From Camelus dromedarius (taxonomy: Eukaryota), in NCBI RefSeq assembly GCF_036321535.1, contig NC_087436.1:6944001-7008000 (forward strand): 64,000 nt of DNA. The letters run 5' to 3'. A model generated the notes under the pieces. That model was not told where the DNA came from. It did no database searches and saw nothing but the letters and a program-made list of their open reading frames with translations. Below are positions 49,707-61,610 of the stretch, one piece after another. Position numbers and translations under genes: made by a program. Position 1 is the first letter of the stretch. Each line of letters starts with the position of its first letter.

Positions 49707-50160
49707 GAATAGACTGTATTTTTTCAGATCTATTTCTGGACTCCATCCTTTGTTTTGTTGATCTACATATCAATTCTTACACCAATACCACATTGTCTTC
49801 ATTTGTGTAGCGTTCCAGTAACTTTTGAAATCATGCAGTATAAATTTTGTTCTTTATCCAGATCATTTTAGCTCTTCTATGCCCTTGCCTTTCCATATAA
49901 ATTTTCAAATCAGCTTATCAGTGTCAAATCTTGTTAGGTTTGATTGGGTTTGCAGTGAGTGTATAGATCAATTTGGGAAGGTTTACTGTCTTAACAATAT
50001 GGAGCCTTGCAAACTGTGAATGTGGTATATTTCATAATTCGTTTAGGTCCATTATTATCAGCCTTTGTAGGCTTAAGTCCCCCTTTGTAGCTTTTAGTTT
50101 ACAGGTCATGCACAGCCTTCACGAAATATATTCCTAAGTATAGTATTTTTTGATGATACA
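49707..50160 (-). mobile_element. Old L1, right part (continues 47015-47914)
   Basis: tctatttctggactc...ccaataccacattgtctt...gccttgcctttccatataaatttt resumes the antisense ORF2 order seen uninterrupted at ~56830-57130. Confidence 0.78.
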
Positions 50161-51613
50161 TAGTGGGTTTTGAGCTACCTCAGTCTGTAAGGGCAGAGCT
50201 GAAACAGGTTTGACAGTATTGCCAGGGAAACTTGTTGGTAAACTTGGAAGGAACCAGTTATTTATAAAACAAGAGGAAACAAATATGGCTTGTGAGAAAT
50301 GTCCACATTTCATTCAGATGAATTAAATAAAGTGACATGTTATTGCTTGATATCGTTGTAAGAGATTACATATCTATGTGCGTTTATACTTTTCCTTTCT
50401 TGGAAATACGCTCTTTTAAGTTCAAGAATTTTATGGATGCGGTATTATATAAGTAGCCTGAATTACTGTTTAGGTCCTGTCTTCCAAAAATGTGCATGCT
50501 ATTTTGGCTTCTGTGGTGTATGCCGGATTTGGGGGAGGCTCGTGGTGGGGTTTCGGTGCCATTTGTATAAGCCTTTAAGGAATATCACATACTTGGTTGC
50601 CATTATTTGAGATGTTTCAGTATTTCTTGAGATCGGTTCAGGTTTTGCTGGTTAAAGGCCAATCCGACCCATTCATTTGAAACTATGTACAATTTTTCTC
50701 ATTAACAAGTTATGTGGATCTGTTCGATTGTTTAACGTGATGGTTTATTTTACCTCTAATGAACTTTATAAAAATCAGGTCATTAAAAAAATCAGACATT
50801 AGAGCCAGGCTTTCCTTGTCTCTTCAACTCATGCATGGTGGGCTTTGCCCAGTGAAATGAGGAACATTTAAGCAAGGTGTCGTGGAGAAAGCATGTGTCT
50901 AAATGCTGAAGGGGAGAGCTGCTATGGACCATGACTTTTAGACCGGCCGGTCAGCTGCCCTCTGTGCCCAAAGCCCTGTGCTCAGCAGAGACCCGTTTGT
51001 GCCACCGAGTGGACTGCTAGTGGCAGATCAATTCAGCTGAGCTGTTCTCAGCCGTTGGTCACGAGGACAGACACCACCAAAGTGTAGTCATCATCACACG
51101 GCTGTTCTTCGCTGGTTAGGTTGTGTGTGGCAAGAGAGAAAACCTGCTTGCCCTCTTCACCCCACATAGCCGAGGTAAGAGCGCCTTATTTCTCTTGGCG
51201 GGAAAATAAGAGCCAAAGTCGCCTCTTTCAACTTTTCCCACGTTTTTTCGATTTAAATCTATGCTAGTCTTTCCCACAATCATCCTTCAAGCCAGGTATA
51301 CAGTTGGGCATCCCTGTGCTGGAGAGCCGTGTGGGGTTCAGCTCAGGCATGTTTTACTAACGAAACTGCGTGGCTGGGCACATCTGAGCATTTGACCTCG
51401 GAGACTGGGAGGGGAGCCGACACTGCCGATTTCCCTCCTGCCCTTGACTTAGGAGGGAGAGTGGGTGATGAGTTCCCAGGGATCGATCAAGGGCTGCTGT
51501 CAGGCCGCTGCTGAGGTCACTGGGCTGGTATGCGGAAATATGGCCACACGGAGGAGGGCCTTCGAATTAGGAAATCAGGAGGCGGGAGGAATTTGGCCTC
51601 CACACCAGGAGTA

Positions 51614-51719
51614 GGGTCCTGGGGAGGGGGCACCCCTGGGGAGGGGGGGTTCCTGAGGAGGGGGCGGTCCTAGGGAAGAGGGGGTCCTGGGGAGGGGGGT
51701 TCCTGGGGAGAGGGCAGGG
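51614..51719 (+). repeat. G-rich minisatellite, six 16-17-nt units (CCTGGGGAGGGGG-like)
   Basis: Read directly; many G3-G7 runs on the + strand. Confidence 0.85.
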
Positions 51720-52156
51720 CCAAGGCTGGACCTGGTGCTGCAGAGAGACTGAGGACAGTGCAGGTTAGATTCTTTTTTAAAGGAATTGAAATGTTAAGGG
51801 CAGAAATACCCAACGTTTAGGGCTTCTCTGTAGTCAAACAGATAGCAGGCTACTGAGGAATGAAGTAGGGGGACACAGCTCAGAGATGTTCGCCTGTCAT
51901 TTCTTGCCTGCACTCTGTGTTTGGGAGCAGAGGTTAAGTGCTGAGACTTGCTGTTTGGAGGAACAGACTCAGTTCATCTGTGCAGGGTGATGCTGGTGAA
52001 ACAGGCCACGTGGTTAGTTGTCCCACATGGTTACTTCAAACTGAGTCTACTCCAGGCTGTGCTCAGGGATGGCTTGTAATTCACACACACACACACAGCT
52101 TATATGACTACTTGATGTGTATATGGATTTTTAATAATTATTTAATTAGTTGTTCA

Positions 52157-52285
52157 TTTTTATTTTCGAGGGGGAGGTAATTAGGGTTATTTATTTATTA
52201 CTTTTAGTGGAGGTACTGGGGATTGAACCCAGGATCTCATGCATGCTGAGCACACTCTCTACCACTGAGCTACACCCTCCCTCCC
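52157..52285 (-). mobile_element. vic-1-like SINE
   Basis: ggaggtactggggattgaacccagga...accactgagctacaccctccc. Confidence 0.9.
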
Positions 52286-54239
52286 ACCACTTATGTTTTT
52301 TTAAGTAGCTGTTCCTTTTTGTTTGTTAAACTAATGAGTGAGGACAAAATAGTAAAAAAAAAAAAAAAATGAAATGCATTTTTATGGTGTCTTTCAAACC
52401 ACTTTCCTCTTCCCTTAAAATTTATTCCTATGTATTCTACTGATTTTTGACCATGGGATTGAGGACACCAGCAGTGACTTGTTCCAAGTGTTTTTCCTTT
52501 GTGTTAACCTCTGTTCTGCTGTCTAGAGACAGTGTCGGGTGGATATTTTTTATAAGTCCTAAACAAATCCACTGGTCTTGGCTTAGGAGCATCAGCCCAG
52601 TCATTTACTTAGATTTTTTTTAGGGAGGAGAGCACCTTTCAGTAACTGCTGATCATTTCCTCCAAATAAAGATATGAAACACTGGTGTCTTGGGGTATTA
52701 AAATGTTAATCATTTTGTAAGCTGGGATTGCCCGCCAGTATAATCAGTCTGACTGCTGGGTAAAGGCTGACATGAAAAAGTTTACATTCCAACACTGAGG
52801 CATTGCATTCCGCTGGGCAGTTCTGACGTCCACCAAGAATGTGGAGGCCCGGACAAAGGGCAAGGTTAGGGACACTGGGAGAGGAGGCCTCTGTGCTCGG
52901 CGACGGCCTTTCCTGGAAACTCACACCGGTAGGAAGTGCTCTTGACTCAGCTTGGGTGGGAAAATGTGGCCACAGACACGCAGGGCAGGGGGGGCTCATC
53001 TCAGGGAGCGCCTGCAGCGCCCTGCCCGGTGAGTCACAGCCTGTGGGCGCTTGTGGAAACTAGGTAAGACTTCACGTTTGCAGATGTTGGTGCTTGCTTG
53101 TGGTGAGCCTTGAACTTGAAAGAAAGTTTATCAGGCTACTAAAGTCTTTCTCTATTTTACATTAATGTAGAAGACTACCGTTAGTAATTTTTTGTGTGCA
53201 TGTTTTTGGTACTGTCAAGCCATTCTGTTTTGCGCCACTAAAAATAGGGAACTTTATTTCAGTTTTAGGAACAATTTTGTAATTCTCAATTTCTGACTTG
53301 TTCTGTACAAAAACCTACTTTGACGGGAATGAAAGTCAGGATTGCTAGTTTTCGGAGCAGCCATTCCTACATTAGTTTTCCCGAGGGAATAAATTTATTT
53401 AGGAATAAATCTGCTTGTTAGCTGCAGGTGGCCTTTTCATCTACCATTGGCTGTGAGGTTAGCTCTTTTTTGTTTTTAAATAGATTGACCCAAAGTGAGC
53501 CTGCATCACTTTTAGTTGTCACCTTTGTTTGTTTCATGAGAGATTATAAGGACATTCTGAAATTACATGGCGTTAATAGTTGGAAGCCAAGCTATCCACT
53601 GTGCCTTTTCAGAACAATTTAGAAGGATTTAAATGGACTATAGCAATTAAATGTTCACACTGTGTAGTGTCAGAAGACTTATCAGCATTTTTAAAAAACA
53701 AATACCATATTCTCCATTTCTCCCTATCTCTTTCTAACTTTATGGCCTTTTGTGAAAGGCTGGCGTCAAGTATAGAAAGGGCTAACAGGTTTTTAAATAT
53801 TCAGACCAAGTCTCATTGATAATTGTTAGCTGTATCTTTGTTTTGAAACATAGTTGTTATATATGTGTTAATATTTGTGTCTTAGACACAAATGTGTGTG
53901 TACCTAGAATGACCAAAAGTATCAGAAGACGGAGTTACTTTTTAAAACATTTAAATCCAAAAGTTAAAAAATCATCTATGTCCCTTTAAAAATGAAGGAG
54001 TTTAAATTTTAAAAATATCTTTGTTTATCTTGGTATGTAGTGTCGTGAGTGCCGTTTCAAAGAAGCAGATGTTCTGGTAGTTGACGTTCTGACAGCAGCT
54101 GCCTGCAGAGGCTCGGTTTTTATAGATTTGACATTCAAATCTGCGCCAGTTCCAGGGTAGCCCTCGAGCTTCTGATGTCCATTTGTAATTCTGCTGAATT
54201 GGAATTGCCTTGTGAATGACAAAAGCTGATGGTGTCTTT

Positions 54240-54640
54240 TTCACTCCGCGGGCCAGTGAGTGAGAACCCACCTGTCAGCGCAGCCCGGGGCCGCCCGTCG
54301 CCGGCTCGCGCCCCGCGGGGGTGTGGGATGCTCCGTGGGGACGTCCCCGAGCGGGTCCGGAGGTCCGTCCTTGCGCGTCGAGCTCACCGGGGACCGGAGC
54401 GCGTGTGTGGCCGAGTGTGGAGACGGCTGCTGAGGGAGGCGAGAGAAGGGGCGGGGTCAGTGCTGCGCCCCAGGGCCGGCCCCGCGTTGTGGCGTCCACC
54501 TGTGGTCGTGGGCATCCCGCCCGCCCCATCAGGGAGGGCGGCTCGGCTTGTTCCCTTCGGAGACTCAGACTGAACCGGAGGGACAGTTCTCCGGGGCAGT
54601 CGGACGGCGTGCGTCAGACGTGCTACGGTCACCCGCTAGA
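54240..54640. promoter_or_regulatory. Intronic CpG island (candidate alternative promoter / first-exon border)
   Basis: Dense CpG and GC boxes (ggggcgggg at ~54448), beginning right at a CCA|gtgagt donor-like site. Confidence 0.65.
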
Positions 54641-55534
54641 GATGGCTGAGGACCTTTGGTGGAGCGCATTGGACTGTGGCAGACTTTCAGGTGTGAGACT
54701 GAAGGAAGGAAGGCCGAGAGACCCTGTACTGTACGATTTCCTGTTTTTTTCCTCAATGCTGATGTTCAAGAAGTCCATTTTGTTTCTGAGTTGCATTTAG
54801 AGAGCAAATGTGACCTTCTGTTTATGAACGTCACAGGGCTCACGATCCTGCCTGTTATCACGGCCTCTGTGCACTCACCTTCTGTAGAATACAAGCGATT
54901 TGAAAGCATTTTCTATTTCGTGAGTTCCTTATGAGCTCTGGGTTGATCGCACAGCTTACCCTGGTTCTGTCGTGTGCGTCCGGCAAGTTATCTGGAAGAG
55001 GAGTGGGGAGCAGAGTTGCGCGTGTGTGTGTCTGTCTCTGTCTGTCTCTCCCTCCCCATGAATATGTGGAGACACAGTGGGAGACCCTCTATCTTACAGC
55101 CAGGGATAAACTAAAAATGGGATAATGCCGGGTGAAAGGAAAATGTCGGTATAACTGACTCTTCAAAACTGGTTTATAATATTTCTTCAGCATTTGTTGA
55201 CCACTCCTGCCTGTCTTCTAGTTCTTTGACCCGCAGGCGCTATCACTTCATTGCTAAATTACTGTAGAAAGAGATTGGTTCCAGGTTAACCAGTGGTACA
55301 GTTCAGTCATCAAACTCAACTCTTCTTTGTCCCTAAGGCTGGTTGTTGTTTGGTCAAAGTAGAGTTACTGCTTTTCTGATTCGAGTCTTGAATTTTGCCA
55401 AAAAACTCAGAGCCACTGAAACTAACAAAAATTCTCTTGAAAAGTCGTTTATAGTACCTTTAAGAAAAATTGTGGAGATGCATATGTGTGTCTGTAGGAG
55501 GGGTGTGTGTGTGTGTATAAATAACATAAATATA

Positions 55535-57131
55535 TATATTTTAATTTATTATACAACATAAAATATGACTTTTTAACCATTTAAAGTGTAGTGGCGTTAA
55601 TTACAACCACACTTGTACAGCCATCACCACTACCTATTTCCAAAACTTAAGTTCCATGGCCCCAAACAAACTTTGTAACCGTTAGGCATTCCTCTAACCC
55701 CTGGTAACCCCAGGTCTCCTTTCTGTAAATTTCCCTGTTCCAGATGTTTCGTTTAAGTGGCCTCTTACAGTATTTCTCACTTTGTACCTGGCTGCTGCAT
55801 TTTGCATAAAGCACTCAAGGCTTAGCCACGTTATAGCGCATATCAGAAATTCAGTCCTTTTTGTAGCTGAATCGTATTCCATTGTACGTATATCTCACAT
55901 TTTGCTTCTCCATCTGTTGATGGACGCTGTTGTTTCCACCCTTTGGCTATTGCAGATAATGACGCAGTGAACATGGTGTGCAAATACCCATTTGGTTGGG
56001 TCCATGTTTTCAGTACTTTGGGGTATTTATCCAGGGGTGCAATTGCTGGGTCATATATTCTGTATTTAACTTCTTGAGGAAGTGCCAAACTGTTTTCCAC
56101 AGTGACCGCACCCTTGTATGTTCCCGACAGCAAAATATGAGGATTCCAAGTTCTCTAGACCCTCTAAAACACTTGCTACTTTTTTTTATTTGCACCACCC
56201 CCACCCCCACCCCCGTAGCTCATTCACATCTAGGCTCAGGTGTGAAGTGGTATCTTGTGGTTTTGACTTAACTCTTCTCTGTAACTAAGGATGCTGAATG
56301 GCTTTTCATGTGCTTATTAGCCATTTGTGTATCTTCTTTGGAGGAAGAAGTTACAGTCCTCTGCCTATTTTTTAATTGGATTGTCTCTTTGTTGTTGACT
56401 TGTGGGCGTTCTTTATGCATCCTGGATGTTAAACCCTTCTCAGACATGTGCTTTGCAAAGATTTTCTCCTCTTCTGTGGTCTGTCTTTTCAGTTTCTCAA
56501 TAATGTCCTTTGATGCACCAAAGGTTTTAATTTTGATGACGTTCAGTTTGTTTTTCCTTTTGCTGTTTACACTTCCGGTGTCCTAGCTAAGAGTCCATTG
56601 TCAAATCCAAGGTACTGAAGATTTATATCTGGGTTTTAAAATTTTGTTTATTTGTTTTTTCCTAAGAGTTTTAAATGTTTATGGCTTTTTTATTTAGTCA
56701 GTGATCCATTTCCAGTTACATTTTCTATGTGCTGAGAAGTAGGGGTCTAACTTCATTCTTTCTCATTTGCAGATACAGTTGTCTCAGTGTATGTGTTAAA
56801 GTGTATGTGTTCTTCCCCCATTGAATGAGCTTAACACCTTTGTCAAAATTCAGTTAGCCATAGGTATATGGGTTTATTTCTGGTCTTTCGGTTTTATTTC
56901 ATTGGTCTGTAAGTGTCTGTCGTTAAGCCAGTACCACACTGATTTGATGACCGCAGCTTTGTAGTAAGTTTTGAAATCAAAAGTGTGAGTCCTCCAACTG
57001 TGTTGCTTTTGGCTACTTAGGGTCCCTTGCAATTCTGTATGAAGGTGAAGATTGGTTTCTCCATTTCTGCAAAAAATATTTTGAGGGGGATTTTGATAGG
57101 GACGACATTGAATCTATAGATCACTTTGGGA
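55535..57131 (-). mobile_element. Old L1 (L1MA/L1MB-like), 3' UTR + ORF2 3' region
   Basis: Track ORFs 56010..56210 (SLWKTVWHFLKKLNTE) and 55694..55882 (MEYDSATKR.E...AITW) are ORF2 C-terminal remnants. Confidence 0.88.
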
Positions 57132-58233
57132 TGTCCCTTATAAGACTTAGTTACAAAAAAGAATGCCTTGATAGGACTAATTGTCCATTTCTGACAGTGG
57201 CATCAAGGAACATTTGGAGGAGAATTGAGTCAGAAGGCTTTGGAACAGTCTCTATTTCTGACTTTTCTTAAAACCCTCAAGGATTGTAGGTGTACTTTTT
57301 AAGTTACCCAAGTTCTTATTTAATCTGTATAATTTTGAAATTTTCTTAAATCCTGACTTTAGGAATTTAAACGTTATCAACATCCAGCTGCTATTAATAA
57401 GATTGAAGTGTTCTTTTTATTTCTGCTCTGGCCTTACAGAAAACCCTTTGGATTCCCTTAAATTTTTTGTTGGAAACTTTTGAGTTCTGTATTTTCCCCC
57501 CTAGAAACTTTTCTAGGGCAGTGCTTTATGACAGACTCACGTGGTTTGCTGTAAGGGTGTGTATAGTAGTTTTCATTCCTCATTTCTTCCTAGTGTGTCC
57601 ATCGTTTTGAGGTGTGTCTTTGTTATTTGTTGTTTGCTGTGCTGATAAAGACTTATGGTTTTCATTTGACTTTAAACTAAAATACGAGAACCCTGTGTTG
57701 TTCACCATCATATTACACACTGTGCGTTTGATCCCTTTTCACATAGGGTACTTCCTTGTGCAGACTGGGTCCTCTGCTGCTCTTTTGAACGTGCATAAAA
57801 CTTTATGAAATGTCTTGTACTGTATTCTTACTGGCTTTGTTTTGTGCTTTACTGTCCAAACATCTCTGTCATTTGCAAACCTGAAGATACCTCTCTGTGT
57901 TTTGCTACTAAATTATCTAAAATAGTTAAAAGAGTTGATCGTAATATCATCTGCGGGGCATCTTATCTCCTGCATGTCTCTGTCTGGTTTCCTTTTTTAT
58001 TTCTATACTTATTTTCCAGGACTCTATTCTTAAAACAGTTTATTTATATAGAACTTGGTCAAGGGTTTTTTTTAAAACTTGATAAAAATAATGATGCTTA
58101 CTTACTTCTGCTTATATATTTATCGTTTCAAAGACTCAGTTAGTAGAAATATTTTGTGGACTTGATGAATTTCTAGCTGACATTTCCCATTACTCTCCGT
58201 CCATCCCTACCTTATAAACTCCTAGTTTGTAAG

Positions 58234-58348
58234 GTTTTGTTGTTGTTGTTGTTGTTTTTTTTTAAGTGGAGGTATTGGGGATTGAACCCATGACCTCGTG
58301 CATGCTAAGCATGTGCTCTAACCTCTGAGCTATCCCACCGCACCTCCC
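58234..58348 (-). mobile_element. vic-1-like SINE with (TTG)n tail
   Basis: ggaggtattggggattgaacccatgacctcgtgcatgctaagc; flanked by gtttgtaag / gtttataag. Confidence 0.88.
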
Positions 58349-60777
58349 TGTTTATAAGCTAAGAGTAAGTCATCTGTGGGCTGGACCTGTGAGGCCTTGT
58401 CACCAGGTCCAGCATATGCATTCACCTGCGCTTTGGCTATTTTGAGGCCTCTCTTTCCTTCTGGATTCTTGGTTATGTTTGAAACTAGCTTTTTTGGATA
58501 GATGAAATAATTTATTCTCTCTAGCTAGAGTGTGTTCTGTGGGCATTGGCCTTTTCCCCTCAGTGTGTTCAAAGACTCAGTCTGACGAGAGTCTGTTATT
58601 TCTCCTGTGCTTCACATCTGTGTGATGGTCAGAGAACTTGAGTCTTTCGTGGCTTCAAAGAGAGTTTCACCAGGTGCCAGTGCAGCTCATGACACACAAG
58701 ACTCAGATATATTTTCGTGGCACGTCTCAGGGGATGCAAACTTTTCATCCTTAAAGGAATAGTGTTAGTGCAACTAAGTATGTGACTATCTTCTTAGCTG
58801 TAAAGTTGAACCAATGGCTAATTGGTAAGATTTATAGCCTTAATTCTGAAGTAGGGAGTCACTGGTGTAGAAATTAGACATAAAATAAATAAATACATAT
58901 AGTTTATTCATGTGGATGGATGTTAGTACTTTTGTTGCTAAATTTGTAAGCAACTCAATTCTAGCAGCTTTGTACTTTTTATTAAGTGTTATATGAACAT
59001 TGTATGCACTCCAAACACTTGTTTTTACTACATGAAATTAAAAAAAAAGGAAGTCATTTGATTATTATGTTTATAAAACTTGTTTGGCTCTGTAATTTAG
59101 TAAAATAGGAAAAACTTAAAGTCATATGATTTTCTTTAGATTTTAATGCTATATTATTTAGCAATAAATCTTAAACATACACTATATATTTTTTACCTAG
59201 TCCTATAACAGGATTAAATGGGCAATGATGACATGAAACCTGCTATATATTTTACTAACACACTGAGATTATTTCTTAGTTTATAGTGTTTCAGTAAATT
59301 ATAAGCTTCATTGTAAAAAATTAAATTACAATTAGGCAGTATCCAGAACTGGAAGCCAAATTCTGTGTGTGTGGAAGATTTTCTGTATTTTAATGGTATT
59401 TAATTGTAAACCAAGAGAATATTTAAAAACCTAGGTCATTTTAATTGCATGTGAAGTACCATGACAAAGAAGATAGGATTATTATATTTTCTTGGCAAAT
59501 TTTTTTCCACTTTAAAAAAGCCCTTTAATATGTATCCTTTGAAAATATGTATGCATGAATGTATATATAAATATTTTTTAAAGGATTTTTCAGATATGCT
59601 AAGTATGGTTCTTTTGATTTTCATAGAAATAGCATTATGGAGCAGGAAATGACTTAAGTGAGGGCCTGGTTGAACCTAATGACTTTGCAAACAAGTACAG
59701 TTTAGACCATTGTCGGGTGGGTCTGCTGGAGGTTCCAAATTGACACAGTGAGAATGTTGACTTTTCCTGTTTTCTTCATTTTACTGATTTTTTTCTTTTC
59801 TTTTCTTTTCTTTTTTTGTAACCAAAGTTGGGTTCTAATATGTGAACCATTGTGCACCACCACGCACAAAGAGAGTTATGAGAAGCAGGAATTTCCATAG
59901 GAGTCACTCAGATGCCTAACTGACTTGGGGGAACATCCTCAATAAAATAGTTCCCCGGAAGAGGTGTTCCCTCATATTTTTCTCAAAGATAGGTTATGGA
60001 AAATGCTTCCTAAAGTGTTGGCTGGAGGGAAGGGAGGGTTTTTGGAGCAGTGAATGGGCAGGGGTGGGGCGGGCATTAGCAGAACAAGCCAGGACGGCTA
60101 AGGACTCGCCATGGCTCTGGCTGGCACACAGCGCGTCAGAGGGAGTCAGCCTGCCCAGCGGGTGGGGGCCTGCCCAGACAGGGCGGCGGTGCCGGGCCTC
60201 AGGTCACGAGTGCAGTTTTCAGGAGGAAAGGGGCTTTTAGAATGCAGGTCCACTTACATCACTTTGCAGCTAAATGCCCTGCCTTTGGATACCTTTTCCT
60301 TAAACTTATTTAGAATAAGTTGATTTGAAAATTTAGAAAAATAGGTACATTTTTAGGTGAAAGAAATGTTTAACATAAACATGTTAAGTCGTAGAAGAGA
60401 ATCGTATGCATTTTATACTTTCTTTGGATATTTTTCTAGTTTGCCGTTGATTCATTTCCCACCCCTGTTAGACTAAACCTAAATCTTCATCTACCTGGGA
60501 ATGATCTGAAACAGCCTAACACAAAACACATTCGTAATGATTCTGCATGACTTAGATTGTGAATTCAAAAACATTATACTGGAATTTTCCAGAAAAATAT
60601 TCATGAGATTTCAGAATTTGGATGGTTTCCTGTCATTCTGTGTGGACAGTGATTTGAGATAGTTTCTCTTTCTTCAGTGTGTGTTTTTTGTAGTTATTTT
60701 GTTTTTTATTTTTGTATTTCTGAAGTGTTAACTTAAATCCCAATTTATGTTTCTTACATCTTTTTTCTTCTTTCTAG

Positions 60778-60853
60778 TTTCGGCAAGCGTTCTGCAGGAA
60801 GCTTTAGGCGTGGCTGTGAATGCATTGTTCTCGAACCTTCTGAAATGATTGTG
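60778..60853 (+). CDS. RAPGEF2: RAPGEF2 coding exon; 76 nt, (S)FGKRSAGSFRRGCECIVLEPSEMIV
   Basis: Long pyrimidine tract + ctAG acceptor, GTG|gtaaga donor. Phase 2 in, phase 0 out. Confidence 0.96.
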
Positions 60854-61347
60854 GTAAGAAAGCTTCTTTGGAGACTTTCCCCTCAAGAAAGTTACGAAAT
60901 AAAAGCATTTTCACAAACTACTTATAATAGTGTATTTTATAACTTTAGATATATTTATTTGGTAACTTTCTGGATTTGTGTTTATAATCACACTGTTATA
61001 ATTATTTATATGATTCAGTTAAATGATAAAATTAAAGGGGGCAAGTACCTAAATGTTTGGTGCTTGAACTTTATAAATCAATCTCTGATAATGCCATTGC
61101 ATTGAAGTTTGGGGATAATTTTGGAATTGCAGGATTTTAGCCCTCCAGATATTGATTGGAATGAGTGAGATACTTTAAATGAGTCACAGTGATATGTACT
61201 CAGGCAACAATTAGCGTAAGGAACCCCGTTCACTTCCTTTAATTGAAAGAAATCTGGGGGACTTTTATGCTAATTAGGCACTCTGTTGAGAGTCTTAACT
61301 CTCTTTTTAACAGAATTGTGTAATTAATTTATTTATTTTCACAGTAC

Positions 61348-61441
61348 TTTATTTTTATTTTTTAATGGAGGTGCTGGGGATTGAACCCAGGACCTGATGC
61401 ATGCTAAGCACACCCTCTACCGCTGAGCTGTACCTTCCCCC
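61348..61441 (-). mobile_element. vic-1-like SINE, short form (left member of a tandem pair)
   Basis: ggaggtgctggggattgaacccaggacc...ctgagctgtaccttcccc. Confidence 0.88.
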
Positions 61442-61450
61442 GCTTTACAA

Positions 61451-61610
61451 ATTTTTTTGTTTTGTTTCTTTTTTTTTTTAGGGGGAGTTAATTGGGTTTA
61501 TTTATTTATTACTGTTTTTTTTTTTTTATTTAACAAAGGTACTGGGGATTGAACCCAGGACCTCGTGCATGCTAAGCATGCACTCTATCACTGAGCTATA
61601 CTCCTGCCCT
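61451..61610 (-). mobile_element. vic-1-like SINE, long form (right member of a tandem pair)
   Basis: aggtactggggattgaacccaggacctcgtgcatgctaagcatgcactctatcactgagctata. Confidence 0.88.
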
